DNA from: a virus | Taxonomy: Duplodnaviria > Heunggongvirae > Uroviricota > Caudoviricetes | Virus record (IMG/VR): IMGVR_UViG_3300013307_000673 | Length of the DNA stretch: 64,000 nt | Strand: one strand, 5' to 3' | Shown here: piece after piece, positions 27,939 through 38,326 of the stretch | Position numbering within the stretch: the stretch's first letter is position 1 | Layout of the letters: every line of letters starts with the position of its first letter | Position numbers and translations under genes: made by a program | The notes under the pieces: generated by a model | What the model saw: the letters and a program-made list of their open reading frames with translations, nothing else | Told to the model about the DNA's origin: nothing | Databases searched by the model: none

Positions 27939-28145
27939 TTAATCTGAAGAACCACACGAGCCGCCTGAATCACTGTTTGACGAAGAACTATTGCTACAAC
28001 CGTCATCACGACTACCATAGTCATTCGAGTCGTAGCCACTGTTATAACTGTTATAACCGCTATAGCGTGAATTTGAAGAGGAACTCGAACGATTAGACTG
28101 CGATTGACGCTGCTTTTGATTCTGTGGTTTATTAGGATATGCCAT
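27939..28145 (-). CDS. Low-complexity Ser/Asn/Gly/Tyr-rich small protein, 68 aa.
   Basis: AAGAGGTG RBS. The composition is extremely biased. Confidence 0.35.
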   Translation of the reverse strand: MAYPNKPQNQKQRQSQSNRSSSSSNSRYSGYNSYNSGYDSNDYGSRDDGCSNSSSSNSDSGGSCGSSD

Positions 28146-28461
28146 ATTACACCTCTTAGTTAGTTGAAAAACTTATGCCAAAAAGATACACGTTTATTTT
28201 CAGATAATACCTGCTCGATAGGCTGCATTGAGTAGGACATGAAACAGTAAGACCACATAGCTTTACTCTCCTTCAAATCAGTAAGCTCACTATATCAACT
28301 TCTATTCTCAAAGTATAGCATTATTTGATCATTGGACTTCAATTTTTTTGACCATCTCCATCAAAGATAACCTCTTGATTATTTTATAACCATGACGTAT
28401 TCTTACTTTATAAATGTGATGCGCATCACATAAAACTTTAACTTAATAGAAGGAAAATAAA

Positions 28462-28662
28462 ATGAAAAACACTAAACTTGCAGTTTCCGCTTTAGCTATC
28501 GCTTTACTTACAGGTTCATTTGCTGCTCAGGCAAGACAGGGTAACGGTGATGAGAATGTTCAAACTACTCAGAGTTATCAGGCTTTTGTTCAGCATCAAG
28601 AGCAACGTGGTGAAGTTCAGGGCGACTCAAGCCTGTTTGTAAATCACGACAGCAATCGTTAA
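28462..28662 (+). CDS. Small secreted protein, 66 aa, with signal peptide.
   Basis: MKNTKLAVSALAIALLTGSFAAQA signal peptide and AGGAAAATAAA RBS. Terminator 28664-28700. Confidence 0.5.
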   Translation: MKNTKLAVSALAIALLTGSFAAQARQGNGDENVQTTQSYQAFVQHQEQRGEVQGDSSLFVNHDSNR

Positions 28663-28702
28663 TCAGTAAAAAGGGAGCGCGGCTCCCTTTCCTTATTCAG
28701 TT

Positions 28703-29329
28703 TTACTCAACTTCTTCTACAATCGCCACATTTGAAAACAGAACATCGTTAATCGCATACCAGAACACTTCCGCGATAGCCACATTATAACGTTCAGCTT
28801 CCGGGCCACGCGGCGCAAAGTAAATCAAACCTTTTTTATTAAAGCGATTAAATGCAGCCATGACCTTTTGAGTGAGATCCTTTTCATCAATATAGCCGCC
28901 ATTCATAACCGCAGAGCAAAGCTTGAAAATCGCAGTCATTTCATCGCGATCAATCTCACGACCAACCAGCTCCTGATAAGAGCCTTTCAGCTCAGGCTGC
29001 TCTTTGACTTTAGCTGCATAGGTGTCATATAACATTTTTACAATGACATCCCATGACTCTTGACTCATCTTCACATCGTAGAAGCCAACCAGACGACGAG
29101 CGCGACCAAAAGTAATAAAACCAGATTCGGTCATTTGCTTCAGAACATCACGCTCTTCCTGATTGATACGATCCCCATTTACCGGATCAGTCGTCATATA
29201 CATGTGGTGAAGCAAAGGCAATAGTCGAAGCTCCGTTTTAGCGATATCGCGGCCTGTCTTTTCTTTATAAAAAACGGCATCAGCATCATCGACACGACCA
29301 CGATTTACAGGCAGCATTTCTTTAATCAT
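28703..29329 (-). CDS. Hypothetical protein, 208 aa.
   Basis: Complete ORF with AAGAGGA RBS. Confidence 0.55.
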   Translation of the reverse strand: MIKEMLPVNRGRVDDADAVFYKEKTGRDIAKTELRLLPLLHHMYMTTDPVNGDRINQEERDVLKQMTESGFITFGRARRLVGFYDVKMSQESWDVIVKMLYDTYAAKVKEQPELKGSYQELVGREIDRDEMTAIFKLCSAVMNGGYIDEKDLTQKVMAAFNRFNKKGLIYFAPRGPEAERYNVAIAEVFWYAINDVLFSNVAIVEEVE

Positions 29330-29371
29330 CTTAAATCCTCTTATTTAGTAGTGTAACTTACCAAAAGTATT

Positions 29372-30265
29372 TTAAAAAATACTTGTCTCAATAAACTTAG
29401 ACAGCCGTTTATTCTCATCGTAGAAATAAAGGTCAACATCTTCCAATGGGCGACCTTCATACTTTTTAATAAACTCAGCCATTACAGCGGTTGTTACCAT
29501 TTTAAACTCGCGTGAACCATCATGACCTTCTTTTACAAAGTAGGCTTTCTCAAACGGTTTCACCAGATCAAAACGCTCCACACGGACTTCATAGCCTAAC
29601 GTTGAGGCTGTATCTTTAATGTCTTCGAGGTTATAGCCTGCGTCTTCAAAAATCATTTCATCAGAAGACAAACTGTAAATGCCTTCTTTATTAAAGCCTT
29701 TAGTTATCAAATCAACGATAATGTTTTCCATCATAAACTGTTGAATGCTTTGCTGACGCGCCGGAGAAAGACCGCCAAAAATAACCTGACGCGTGATCTT
29801 ACTATTCAACAACACATCATCAAAGCCACGACTTACTGCAAAATCATTGAAGGTTGTATGACCATCAAATAATGTTGGCTCAACAAGTTTTAAAGATTGG
29901 AAGTTCGCCTTTACCAGATCAATGCTAATATAAACACGACCTTCATTACCTGTGGTATAGAGTTCTTTTTTAGGAATGGACAGCTTTTTCTGAAAAGGCT
30001 TCATATCCATTTTAGCAAAGCGGGCATACTCTGGCTTTTGGCTCAGATATTTGAGTGTTTCATTGAGTTTATTCGCGTTATGCTTGAACATCAACTCACC
30101 ATGAACATCATACGCCTTTTTGAACAGGTCAAACTTACGCAGAGTATCGTAATAGGGATCAAGAAGGTTAAGAAAATAAGAGAAATAAGGCTCACGATCA
30201 ACCGCAATCGGAAGCTTGAACGTCCGAATGAAGTTCTTATTCATTGTTTGATTGATGTCTCTCAT
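29372..30265 (-). CDS. Hypothetical protein, 297 aa.
   Basis: Complete ORF with AAGGAAGG RBS. The antisense ORF 29897..30283 is rejected. Confidence 0.55.
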   Translation of the reverse strand: MRDINQTMNKNFIRTFKLPIAVDREPYFSYFLNLLDPYYDTLRKFDLFKKAYDVHGELMFKHNANKLNETLKYLSQKPEYARFAKMDMKPFQKKLSIPKKELYTTGNEGRVYISIDLVKANFQSLKLVEPTLFDGHTTFNDFAVSRGFDDVLLNSKITRQVIFGGLSPARQQSIQQFMMENIIVDLITKGFNKEGIYSLSSDEMIFEDAGYNLEDIKDTASTLGYEVRVERFDLVKPFEKAYFVKEGHDGSREFKMVTTAVMAEFIKKYEGRPLEDVDLYFYDENKRLSKFIETSIF

Positions 30266-30396
30266 TATAGCCTTCCTTTTTAAACTTAACGGTTGTCATT
30301 ATAAAGGAATCAAGAATGATACTCAAGCGCTTTGTTGTTTGACTCCTTTTTTCCCCTGCTATATAATCAGATTAACCAACTTAAAAAGGATTTTTT

Positions 30397-30810
30397 ATGA
30401 CAAAGCCATCAAACCAAAGCCTTAATAACAGGAGCTTGCCACCTTTACATGTTGACAAGCCTGAAGAAAACGCCTCCCTACTTACTCCTGACGTGATCAT
30501 GCGACAGAAAAACACTGAGGTTATTCACACACAATCTGATAAGATTCATACTTATCAACCTAACAATGATGCCATCTTAGCCAAAGATATTTTGGATGCT
30601 CAGAAAAAACCTTATACTCAGCAAGGAAAAACGGTTAGCAAGGCAGATTTAAGCTCAAAAGATACCGCTAAACATTCAGGTAAAGCTAGTTCTATACCTG
30701 AAGCTGCGCAGTCATCTTTTTCAGCAAGACTTAAGCAGGCAAGAGAGCTTTACAACCATCCATCGGCTACTATCAGTACACCTTATTCAAACGGACCTAA
30801 AATCCGTTAA
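30397..30810 (+). CDS. Hypothetical low-complexity protein, 137 aa.
   Basis: AAAAAGGA RBS. Terminator 30811-30840. Confidence 0.45.
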   Translation: MTKPSNQSLNNRSLPPLHVDKPEENASLLTPDVIMRQKNTEVIHTQSDKIHTYQPNNDAILAKDILDAQKKPYTQQGKTVSKADLSSKDTAKHSGKASSIPEAAQSSFSARLKQARELYNHPSATISTPYSNGPKIR

Positions 30811-30836
30811 AAGAAAGGCCCATCACGGCCTTTTTA

Positions 30837-31139
30837 TTATCCTTTATGATTTTTTATCAGATCTTGAAATTTTTCACTTTCAGCCGGATTACGCCAGCCT
30901 AGAATCAATCCAGTTTCAATATCGATTTCCATCATAATATAATCAGATCCATCGTTAGGAACAAAAGACGGAACATAACCATCATAATCAGCAATTACCT
31001 GACCATTCTCATCTTTTATCGTCATGAAAAAGAGGTCGCTCACTTTTCCACTGATAATCATTGTCTTAGGCACTTTCTTTTGTGTCATAAAAATCTCCTC
31101 TATTGATTTAACAAAAAGGCCGCCCGAAGGCAGCCTCAA
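30837..31139 (-). CDS. Hypothetical protein, 100 aa.
   Basis: Complete ORF. Its start is adjacent to the upstream stop (31141), suggesting an operon. Confidence 0.5.
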   Translation of the reverse strand: MRLPSGGLFVKSIEEIFMTQKKVPKTMIISGKVSDLFFMTIKDENGQVIADYDGYVPSFVPNDGSDYIMMEIDIETGLILGWRNPAESEKFQDLIKNHKG

Positions 31140-31140
31140 C

Positions 31141-31593
31141 TTACATCTCTACGTTAAACATATTGCCATTTTCATCGTAGAAAACCGCACTGACAAACTT
31201 CATTCCCGCGAAATATCGCGCATCTTCAGTAGGCATCCCCATATCGAAATCATAACCGATGAAATAATCTTTTCCGTCTTTTGAGAAACGAATGAAATTA
31301 TCTGAAGCATCATGCTCAATATCATCAAACTCATCTTCGAACTCTTCCACCTCAAAATCTACCGAGTCATAAGGCTCACCATAACGTGTGCGCGATCCAT
31401 TGAACTTCTCAATACAAATCTGCAGGCAGCGCAGGAAAACCCCTGCTTCTTCTTTTGTTGAGACTTCATCTGCGACGTAAACAACAGGTCCTGTCCAGTG
31501 GTCATGTTCGTTCACATTCGTATGACATTCCTGAAGCGTATACTCAAGTTTATTCTTGATAACCGGACGCTCAATCGGTGTAAATGTAGCCAT
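31141..31593 (-). CDS. Hypothetical acidic protein, 150 aa.
   Basis: Complete ORF with GAGGAAATATC RBS. Confidence 0.5.
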   Translation of the reverse strand: MATFTPIERPVIKNKLEYTLQECHTNVNEHDHWTGPVVYVADEVSTKEEAGVFLRCLQICIEKFNGSRTRYGEPYDSVDFEVEEFEDEFDDIEHDASDNFIRFSKDGKDYFIGYDFDMGMPTEDARYFAGMKFVSAVFYDENGNMFNVEM

Positions 31594-31649
31594 GATATTT
31601 CCTCAAACATAAAGTGATACAAAAGGAGGCGAGCCTCCTTTATGATTAG

Positions 31650-31949
31650 TTAATCTGCTTTTTTCTCAGCTTTTTCTTTTTCCATCTGAGCAATTTCTTC
31701 TTTTGTTGCCAGACGGTAATAACAAGGCCGAATCTGGATTCTTACAGGTTCCTTTTCTTTCCACTTATTCACAGCCGCCAGACCAAAACGACGAGGCGTA
31801 TTGCCATTCCATGAAGCAATAACATGTGTCTCATGAACTTCTTTAATAGATACGCGGAATACTGAAACGGTTTTAAGCGTAGTATTACCCATCTTTGTCT
31901 TTTCAACAGAGAAAACAACATCACCAGGTTTCAGCTTAGAGATTTTCAT
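31650..31949 (-). CDS. Hypothetical protein, 99 aa.
   Basis: Complete ORF. Terminator 31621-31650 downstream. Confidence 0.5.
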   Translation of the reverse strand: MKISKLKPGDVVFSVEKTKMGNTTLKTVSVFRVSIKEVHETHVIASWNGNTPRRFGLAAVNKWKEKEPVRIQIRPCYYRLATKEEIAQMEKEKAEKKAD

Positions 31950-32071
31950 TTTTACCTCGATAAGTTATTAGAGTTCGTCATTTCAATAAGAAGCATTATA
32001 CATCCCCAGCGCATAACAATCAAGCAATGAATATATGTTTTTAAAGTTTTAAACTCTTTATATTCAAAGAC

Positions 32072-32314
32072 TTAATTAATCTTTGATGCCGTCATATTTG
32101 CTTTTATGTCGCTTATAAAAGCATTAAAAAATGCCTGAAAAACCAATACTATACCGAAAGATGTTGCACCCAAAGCCACGCCAGCAATACTCATTAAGAG
32201 CGTTGCCAAAACGTCATTTACCTGCTTAAATGTTTCAGGAAATATCTGAAAACTTACGATCACTCCACCGATTAAACACATCAGGCCTAGCGCTAACATG
32301 ATTTTCTCTTTCAC
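32072..32314 (-). CDS. Small membrane protein, 80 aa, with two TM helices.
   Basis: Hydrophobic stretches IMLALGLMCLIGGVIVSF and LMSIAGVALGATSFGIVLVF. Confidence 0.45.
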   Translation of the reverse strand: MKEKIMLALGLMCLIGGVIVSFQIFPETFKQVNDVLATLLMSIAGVALGATSFGIVLVFQAFFNAFISDIKANMTASKIN

Positions 32315-32688
32315 GATAATTCCTTTTTTAAATTAAAGTAGAGTATGATTTTAACACAATGATAGTTTATGCACAACAAAAAAGACGCCGAAGCGTCTTG
32401 TTTGTTCTGAGATAACTTTAGGTTTGCCCGTGATTACTCGTACACTCTCTCGCTTCCTATAGCGATTGTGGCGAATGACATCCACTCTTCCAGATCTATG
32501 TCTGACGTGCTTTTTAGGCCTCATTCTCGGCACTGGCAAAATAAAGCTATCTCAAATCTGGCCTGCTCTTTTAATATCCCGCTCACTGGCTGGGAGGTTC
32601 TCACCCGACATTGATGCCCGTTTAACACGTTCCAGTCTGCATCAACATAGCTATATTATACCAACAAGATATCAATAGCAAGCACTTT

Positions 32689-33183
32689 TTAAATATGACA
32701 GTCAAAAACTGCTAACTCGGTTTCAGGAGTAAGGTCTTCAAATATTTTTTGAAAATCTTCTATCCACTTCTCATGTGAGCCTGAGCGTTTAGCATCATAC
32801 CATTCTCCGTCATGAAGAAAAGCATAAGGTGTTATGAACTCTCTTGAACGCTGGCTAACATACTCGTCTTCTGTCATGTAAGAGCCTAACATATTGATAA
32901 TACCTTCTCGCTTTTTCTCCTCGCTTTCAAAGTTTATTACCTCAAAAATCCCATACTCTTTCTTAGCGACTTCTATTATTTCCGCCTTCATTTTTTCTAT
33001 GTCGATCTCACAAACTTTTGAGACACAGAAACTTGTGCCATCTTTTTTGGAGAAGTAGCTTCTGAAACGGCGACCTAATCCATAGTTATCCCATTTTGAT
33101 TCAGGATTACCATCAGCTTCTTTGAACTTTTCCATTTGTTTTACAATATCTTTTTCCAAAACCACCATTAGAGCATAATGCAT
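32689..33183 (-). CDS. Hypothetical protein, 164 aa. Its C-terminal domain is shared with 35717..36712.
   Basis: C-terminal block FITPYAFLHDGEWYD...LTPETELAVFDCHI matches IITPFAFLKDGVWSE...LPEDTLLTAVDCHI of the larger paralog. Confidence 0.5.
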   Translation of the reverse strand: MHYALMVVLEKDIVKQMEKFKEADGNPESKWDNYGLGRRFRSYFSKKDGTSFCVSKVCEIDIEKMKAEIIEVAKKEYGIFEVINFESEEKKREGIINMLGSYMTEDEYVSQRSREFITPYAFLHDGEWYDAKRSGSHEKWIEDFQKIFEDLTPETELAVFDCHI

Positions 33184-33321
33184 ATCGTTTTCCTTTTTAT
33201 TTTATTTTATTTTTATGCATTTTCTTCACTTTATCAAGTTTCTTAGTCATATTTACATTGAAAAGCACGATAAGAGCCGCTATAATGCTGTCTCTATTTA
33301 CTAATCAGGAGCTTTACCATA

Positions 33322-34233
33322 ATGAATATTTTGAAAGATGAGAAAACTAACTTGGGCGCAGCATATCTTGGTGTAATTCTTACGCTTGTTTTCCTTGCTG
33401 TAGCTGTTTATGCAGGCATGAACTGTAAAGTTTTAGTTCAGGAAGCAGGATTCTATGATAGTAAAATCGTAGAAGATTTTTCTGTACCGTATGCTTGCGC
33501 AGCTTTCATTGCGGCATTCTTCTCAGTTATTTCATTCTTAAATAGCTTTATTATCATCTCTCCCAACCAAAAAGTGGTCGCAAGTTTCTTAGGAAAATAC
33601 CGGGGTACACTTACAGGAGAAGGATTCACATTGGTTAACCCTTTCTTCTCCTTTGAAAAAATCAGCACTAAGATTGGCACCTTTGAGACGCAAGAAACCA
33701 AAATCAATGACAAAGAAGGGATTCCTTTGAATGTTTCGATGGTTGTTAACTATCGTGTTGATCAGGCCGCGCCTTTTCATTATAACGCAGAAAAGCCGGA
33801 CGATATTATTCGCAACGCCAGTGAGAGCGAACTGAGAACTATCGTTACACAACACGCTTTTGATAGTGACAAAAATGAAGATGAAACACTCAGTAAAAAT
33901 CTGGATATATTCTCAAGAAACTTGGTTGAACGTATCAACGTGCGCCTGAAAGAGATTGGCGTGATCGTAACCAGCGCTAATATTACTAAAATTTCTTATG
34001 CACCAGAAATCGCTCAATCAATGCTGCAGCGTCAGCAAGCCAAAAAATTGGCTGAAAGTCGTCGTGAAATCGTAGATGCTGCAGTATTAACAGTGAAGGA
34101 CGCTGTTCAAGACATTCAAACTAAGATTGGTGTCACTTTTGATGACACTGAAAAGAAACGCCTTGTAGAAAAACTGATGGTGGTTATCGTTTCCGACAGG
34201 CCTACCACACCTGTTATCTCCCTCGATAACTAA
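33322..34233 (+). CDS. SPFH (stomatin/prohibitin/flotillin/HflKC, band 7) domain membrane protein, 303 aa.
   Basis: N-terminal TM helices, then ISPNQKVVASFLGKYRGTL..GFTLVNPFF..EKISTKIGTFETQ...IPLNVSMVVNYRV, typical of an SPFH core. Coiled-coil C-terminus. Confidence 0.6.
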   Translation: MNILKDEKTNLGAAYLGVILTLVFLAVAVYAGMNCKVLVQEAGFYDSKIVEDFSVPYACAAFIAAFFSVISFLNSFIIISPNQKVVASFLGKYRGTLTGEGFTLVNPFFSFEKISTKIGTFETQETKINDKEGIPLNVSMVVNYRVDQAAPFHYNAEKPDDIIRNASESELRTIVTQHAFDSDKNEDETLSKNLDIFSRNLVERINVRLKEIGVIVTSANITKISYAPEIAQSMLQRQQAKKLAESRREIVDAAVLTVKDAVQDIQTKIGVTFDDTEKKRLVEKLMVVIVSDRPTTPVISLDN

Positions 34234-34247
34234 TCCTTATCAAAACA

Positions 34248-34278
34248 AATAAAGGCCTCCATAGGAGGCCTTTTTATT
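34248..34278. terminator. Bidirectional intrinsic terminator (AGGCCTCC-ATAG-GAGGCCT).
   Basis: 8-bp stem with a T-run, downstream of the SPFH gene. Confidence 0.7.
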
Positions 34279-34380
34279 GCACGACTTTGCTGATTATAGT
34301 TGCCATAATCCTTACTTTTACCTGACTGTTTCACCACGTGAAAGAAAAAACCATGATACTTAATGTATAAAGATAATAAA

Positions 34381-35574
34381 TTACTGGTTTAAGATATGAA
34401 GCTCAATGCTGGTATCAAGACTTTCACCTATTACATCAGCAAGCACATTATAGAAAGATTCGCCATTATCCCATTCTTCTGGAGAGATAATCAGCTTATC
34501 TTTGCCTTCAATAATCTCACAAAGGTAGGCGTATTCTTCATCTTCAATGTCTGAAGTTTCTTCCCATTCAGTTTTAATGTTTGATAGTTTAACTTGCTGC
34601 CATTCTTTAGATTCTTTGCAAAACTCAACGTTTACACCAACATCATCATCTTCCCAATTCACTTTGATACTCTCAACAGCATCAGCAAGGTGGCGTAGAA
34701 AGCTTGCAGTATCCTTAGCTTGACCACCTTGCCCTGAAGTCATAATAGGCCGAATCATAACGTTCTCTACAAGCATTGTCTCAAGTAACCGTTCTGTTTC
34801 GGCTAGGGCGCGGAACACTTCTTCTTCAGCTTTTTCAAAGCCATTATTTTTAGCAAAAGTAATGACTTCTTTATGAACTTTTGATCCGCTTACATTTGAT
34901 ACAGCTTGACCAATAAAGCTAAACTTAATCTTGTTCAAGTTAGTTTTCGCTATACTTTCAAAAGCTATCTTATTAGCAATATCAGTTTGTTGCTCGAAAG
35001 TGATTTTACCAGACTCAACATCTGCTTCCAGTCTTGCTTTATTGATGTCAGCCGCTTCTTTAAATCCCATCATGTTATTATAACAGCTTAACACTTCCTT
35101 GATTTTGGCATCAATTGTTTCTTTTGAGTGAATCATTACCTGATAAACGGATTCATGGATAGCAAAGGCCGCAACAAAACACTTCTCCCCTTGAAAATCC
35201 TTAAGGAACAATCTCCCACTGCGAACCATATCCTGAATCTTCTGCCATGTTAAATCTTTTACATTTACATCCATATGATCATGACAATCGTTATATTCTT
35301 CGCCCTCTATAGAGATATTCTCTGAATATTCTTGTTTAATATAATTTTGAATATACTTGGCAAACAAAGAATCTTCGTCAAAATCATAATTATTGAAATC
35401 AGCATATTCTGCAGGAATAGCTCCACCGCCAATAATCTTAAAGTTATCCCAGGGATAGCATTCACCACCTTTACCAATTACCTGACCTTCAGATACAACA
35501 TAAAATAAGCGCACCTTATTTCCTTCACGGATTGGCGCACGGCTGACAGCACACGTTGTATTAAACGATCCCAT
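34381..35574 (-). CDS. Hypothetical protein, about 397 aa, starting at MGSFNTT.
   Basis: A GAGGGT RBS precedes the ATG at 35574. The tabled start at 35586 lies inside that RBS. Confidence 0.5.
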   Translation of the reverse strand: MGSFNTTCAVSRAPIREGNKVRLFYVVSEGQVIGKGGECYPWDNFKIIGGGAIPAEYADFNNYDFDEDSLFAKYIQNYIKQEYSENISIEGEEYNDCHDHMDVNVKDLTWQKIQDMVRSGRLFLKDFQGEKCFVAAFAIHESVYQVMIHSKETIDAKIKEVLSCYNNMMGFKEAADINKARLEADVESGKITFEQQTDIANKIAFESIAKTNLNKIKFSFIGQAVSNVSGSKVHKEVITFAKNNGFEKAEEEVFRALAETERLLETMLVENVMIRPIMTSGQGGQAKDTASFLRHLADAVESIKVNWEDDDVGVNVEFCKESKEWQQVKLSNIKTEWEETSDIEDEEYAYLCEIIEGKDKLIISPEEWDNGESFYNVLADVIGESLDTSIELHILNQ

Positions 35575-35716
35575 TTTTACCCTCATTAGTTATAAAATAT
35601 CACCGTCATTTTACGCTAAAGGCATTTTATAAGCAAGAAAAATCAATTTTACTCGTTTTTTATGTATAAAAAAAGCGCCATGAAAGGCGCTTATTATTTC
35701 TAAAACATTTATTGAT

Positions 35717-36712
35717 TTAAATGTGACAGTCAACCGCTGTTAACAGCGTATCTTCAGGAAGACCACGCAGCATCTCGTAGAACTCATCGTTCCAGTCGTT
35801 CTGAGCTTTTTCATCCATCGCCATACCAAACCAGCCCATTTGTCCCTTTTCAGACCATACACCATCCTTCAGGAAAGCAAACGGCGTGATGATTGATTTA
35901 CGCTGTCTCTCAACATATTCCTCACGGCTATTGCCAAAGATTTCATAAAAATCACCCCAAAAATCAAAACGAGCTTCATTAAAATCCTTAACAACCGGAT
36001 GATTATGATATTCATTTCTTGCTGCATCAATATCCGCACCATGCTTTTCCCTGATCTCTGTCCATGACGGATATTGACGGCCTTTCAAAATAGACTCAAT
36101 CTTATCATAGGTTGCGTTTGCCTCAGCAATAGCCTCAGCCTCCATACCTTCAAAGTCAATATCTTTCAAACGGATAACATCATAGCGACCTGCCTCAGCA
36201 GCTTCCGTCATCAGACCAGGACGGCCTTGTTCTCCACCCACACCCGGTTTACCTTTAAAATATCCTGTCCAGCGACCGCCTACCTGATACCAATCCCATT
36301 TTGCGTTAGGGTTATGCCAATATCCATAAGCATTAAGTTCTTCTGAATATCCATAGCCACAATAATCTCTAAGATAGCTTTCAAATGTTGGATAGAGTTC
36401 TGAAACCGCACCCTCATAAAGTCTAGCACCTTCAGGAAGTTCAAGCACTGTCTCACCGAAAGGTGAACTCTCGCTTTTGATAGACTTTTCAAATCTGCGA
36501 ACAACATCATCAGAACGATGGTATTTTACACCATCCAGCTCAACGATTTGCGTAGTTTTGTTTTTGTAATCCTTTTGCTCTTGAGAAGACTCACTCTTAT
36601 TTTCGAATTCAAAATAAGGCGAGCTTTCGGGATGAGATGACTGCTCCTCGAAAGGCGCTAAAGCCTCTTCAAGATTAACATCACCAGCAACAATAACGGT
36701 AAAATGCGACAT
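35717..36712 (-). CDS. Hypothetical protein, 331 aa. Larger paralog sharing its C-terminal domain with 32689..33183.
   Basis: Shared C-terminal about 60 aa ending ...AVDCHI. Antisense ORFs are rejected. Confidence 0.5.
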   Translation of the reverse strand: MSHFTVIVAGDVNLEEALAPFEEQSSHPESSPYFEFENKSESSQEQKDYKNKTTQIVELDGVKYHRSDDVVRRFEKSIKSESSPFGETVLELPEGARLYEGAVSELYPTFESYLRDYCGYGYSEELNAYGYWHNPNAKWDWYQVGGRWTGYFKGKPGVGGEQGRPGLMTEAAEAGRYDVIRLKDIDFEGMEAEAIAEANATYDKIESILKGRQYPSWTEIREKHGADIDAARNEYHNHPVVKDFNEARFDFWGDFYEIFGNSREEYVERQRKSIITPFAFLKDGVWSEKGQMGWFGMAMDEKAQNDWNDEFYEMLRGLPEDTLLTAVDCHI

Positions 36713-36853
36713 AGAAACTCCTGTTTTTAAAAGGTAGATAGAGATTATACCACGCTATAACTGTAGAACTCAATCGTTTTTTACGACATTAATATATTGA
36801 ATATGATAAGCGCTGAAGCTATAATGCTATTTCTTTTAAACATCGAGGTGTCT

Positions 36854-37534
36854 ATGTCTTATCATGATTGTAACCGCGCAACCAGAGTCAGTATCGTTGT
36901 CTTACTGATTACCATTTTTGCTTTTGCCTTGTTCTTATGGCTGAGTCCATCACACAAAAGTTATGCTTTTGTTAACTATAATTCATACATCTACTCTTAT
37001 GATGCAGGTGGAAACTTTGAGAAAGATGCCGAAAAGGTTTTTATCAACATTTGCTCGAAAGATTGTGATCGCTATACCTTTAAAGTCAGCGATGATTTTA
37101 AAACTTGCCCAGCAGTAAAATCTATCAAGATTTCTACTATTTGGGACTCGTATGATATGGATTACCGCTATGGAAAAGTCGTTAAGAAAGATGATTCCCT
37201 TGAGAAGGAAGCTGCCGGTTATATCGCAAAAATCAACTTTAAAGACAAAAATATTAATCCTCAATATAGAATTCATAATACCGAGAAAGCAAAAGATGAA
37301 GCGGCTAATGAATACGTTTCCAAACTTCATCGTAATATCCTGATTGAACAAACAGAAAGCACCGTCTCCTTCAAAATGGACATTTCAGGCATTAAAGACG
37401 CTCCTAATCCTGAAACTATCTTGATGCTGGTTTCTGAAATGAATAAAGATGCCTGCGATTATTATAAAGACATACGAGACTCAACCAGCCTCACTGAAGA
37501 AAATCAAAAACTATGGGAAGCTGCTAAACAATAA
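36854..37534 (+). CDS. Hypothetical secreted or membrane-anchored protein, about 226 aa, starting at MSYHDC.
   Basis: GAGGTG RBS before the ATG at 36854. Signal anchor VSIVVLLITIFAFALFLWL. Terminator 37534-37560. Confidence 0.5.
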   Translation: MSYHDCNRATRVSIVVLLITIFAFALFLWLSPSHKSYAFVNYNSYIYSYDAGGNFEKDAEKVFINICSKDCDRYTFKVSDDFKTCPAVKSIKISTIWDSYDMDYRYGKVVKKDDSLEKEAAGYIAKINFKDKNINPQYRIHNTEKAKDEAANEYVSKLHRNILIEQTESTVSFKMDISGIKDAPNPETILMLVSEMNKDACDYYKDIRDSTSLTEENQKLWEAAKQ

Positions 37535-37684
37535 AAAAAGGGCTACGGCCCTTTTTTATTTTTATCTGTCTTTCGCTTTCCATTAAGCTCATCTGCAGGC
37601 GCTCTATATTGTTCAGACACCAATACTTTCGCATTAGCTAACATTATTCTTCTGACATCTTCCCCACTTAGTCTTTTGCTCATA

Positions 37685-37990
37685 TCATACCTCCCAAGAA
37701 CACAAAAAGATGAAAAACCACAAGACAAAGATACCAACTAACCACGCTGTGGTTTGCCATGAGAACTTGCGCATCATTTTAGAAACATTCTCTCGCTGAT
37801 CGGAAAACTTCTTCTCTATTGCCTCATAATGCCTGTCAAATGAAGCCGACATGCTCTCACCATGATTTATAAGCATTCTATCCATTTCAATAGTGTGATT
37901 ATCAAACTTCATGCTCATTTCTTGAAAAGAGCTTTCTATATCAGCCACAAGCTCATTTTTATGCTTCTTCATTTCAGCAAATTCATTCAT
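37685..37990 (-). CDS. Hypothetical tail-anchored membrane protein, 101 aa.
   Basis: GGAGG RBS. C-terminal TM helix TTAWLVGIFVLWFFIFL. The overlapping ORF 37543..37737 is uncertain. Confidence 0.45.
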   Translation of the reverse strand: MNEFAEMKKHKNELVADIESSFQEMSMKFDNHTIEMDRMLINHGESMSASFDRHYEAIEKKFSDQRENVSKMMRKFSWQTTAWLVGIFVLWFFIFLCSWEV

Positions 37991-38326
37991 AAGGCCTCCT
38001 GTTAATATTGCGTCACTATACCATATGCCAATATTGATTTCAATATTGGGAATTATCCTAGAAATACAGTGATTTTATTAATCTATTTTCTCTGTGATTA
38101 TCATGCTTTCGATTATCCGATCTGTATCTATTAATGTCCTATTACTAGGCTAAATAATAAGCTAAACATAAAAATATAAATCTTTGCCAGCTAGATATTC
38201 TATTTATTTGATTTATTCCGATTTATGTATTTGTATTTTAAGTAAAGTAATCAGATCACTAGGTGGTGAGTTTATTAATTATTTTTTATATGTTATTGAT
38301 TATAAAACTTCTATAAGGATATTAAT
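37991..38326. other. AT-rich 336-bp intergenic region with short direct repeats (GATTATC x2, TCTATT x3, GATTTAT x2). Divergent regulatory region upstream of the MCP-like gene.
   Basis: No ORF. About 80% AT. Contains TATAAAT- and TATAAT-like elements. Flanked by divergent genes. Confidence 0.4.

Noticed and set aside
32351-32539. 62-aa very basic minus-strand ORF.
   Set aside because: It would be transcribed through the terminator hairpin at 32378-32402 and has no RBS. The overlapping plus-strand ORF 32466..32678 is equally unsupported.
38096-38125. Possible DnaA boxes (GATTATCCGAT) in the AT-rich region upstream of the MCP gene.
   Set aside because: Only 7/9 matches to TTATCCACA, and the repeats are too short to distinguish from chance in 80% AT DNA. 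Kept only as a generic regulatory region.
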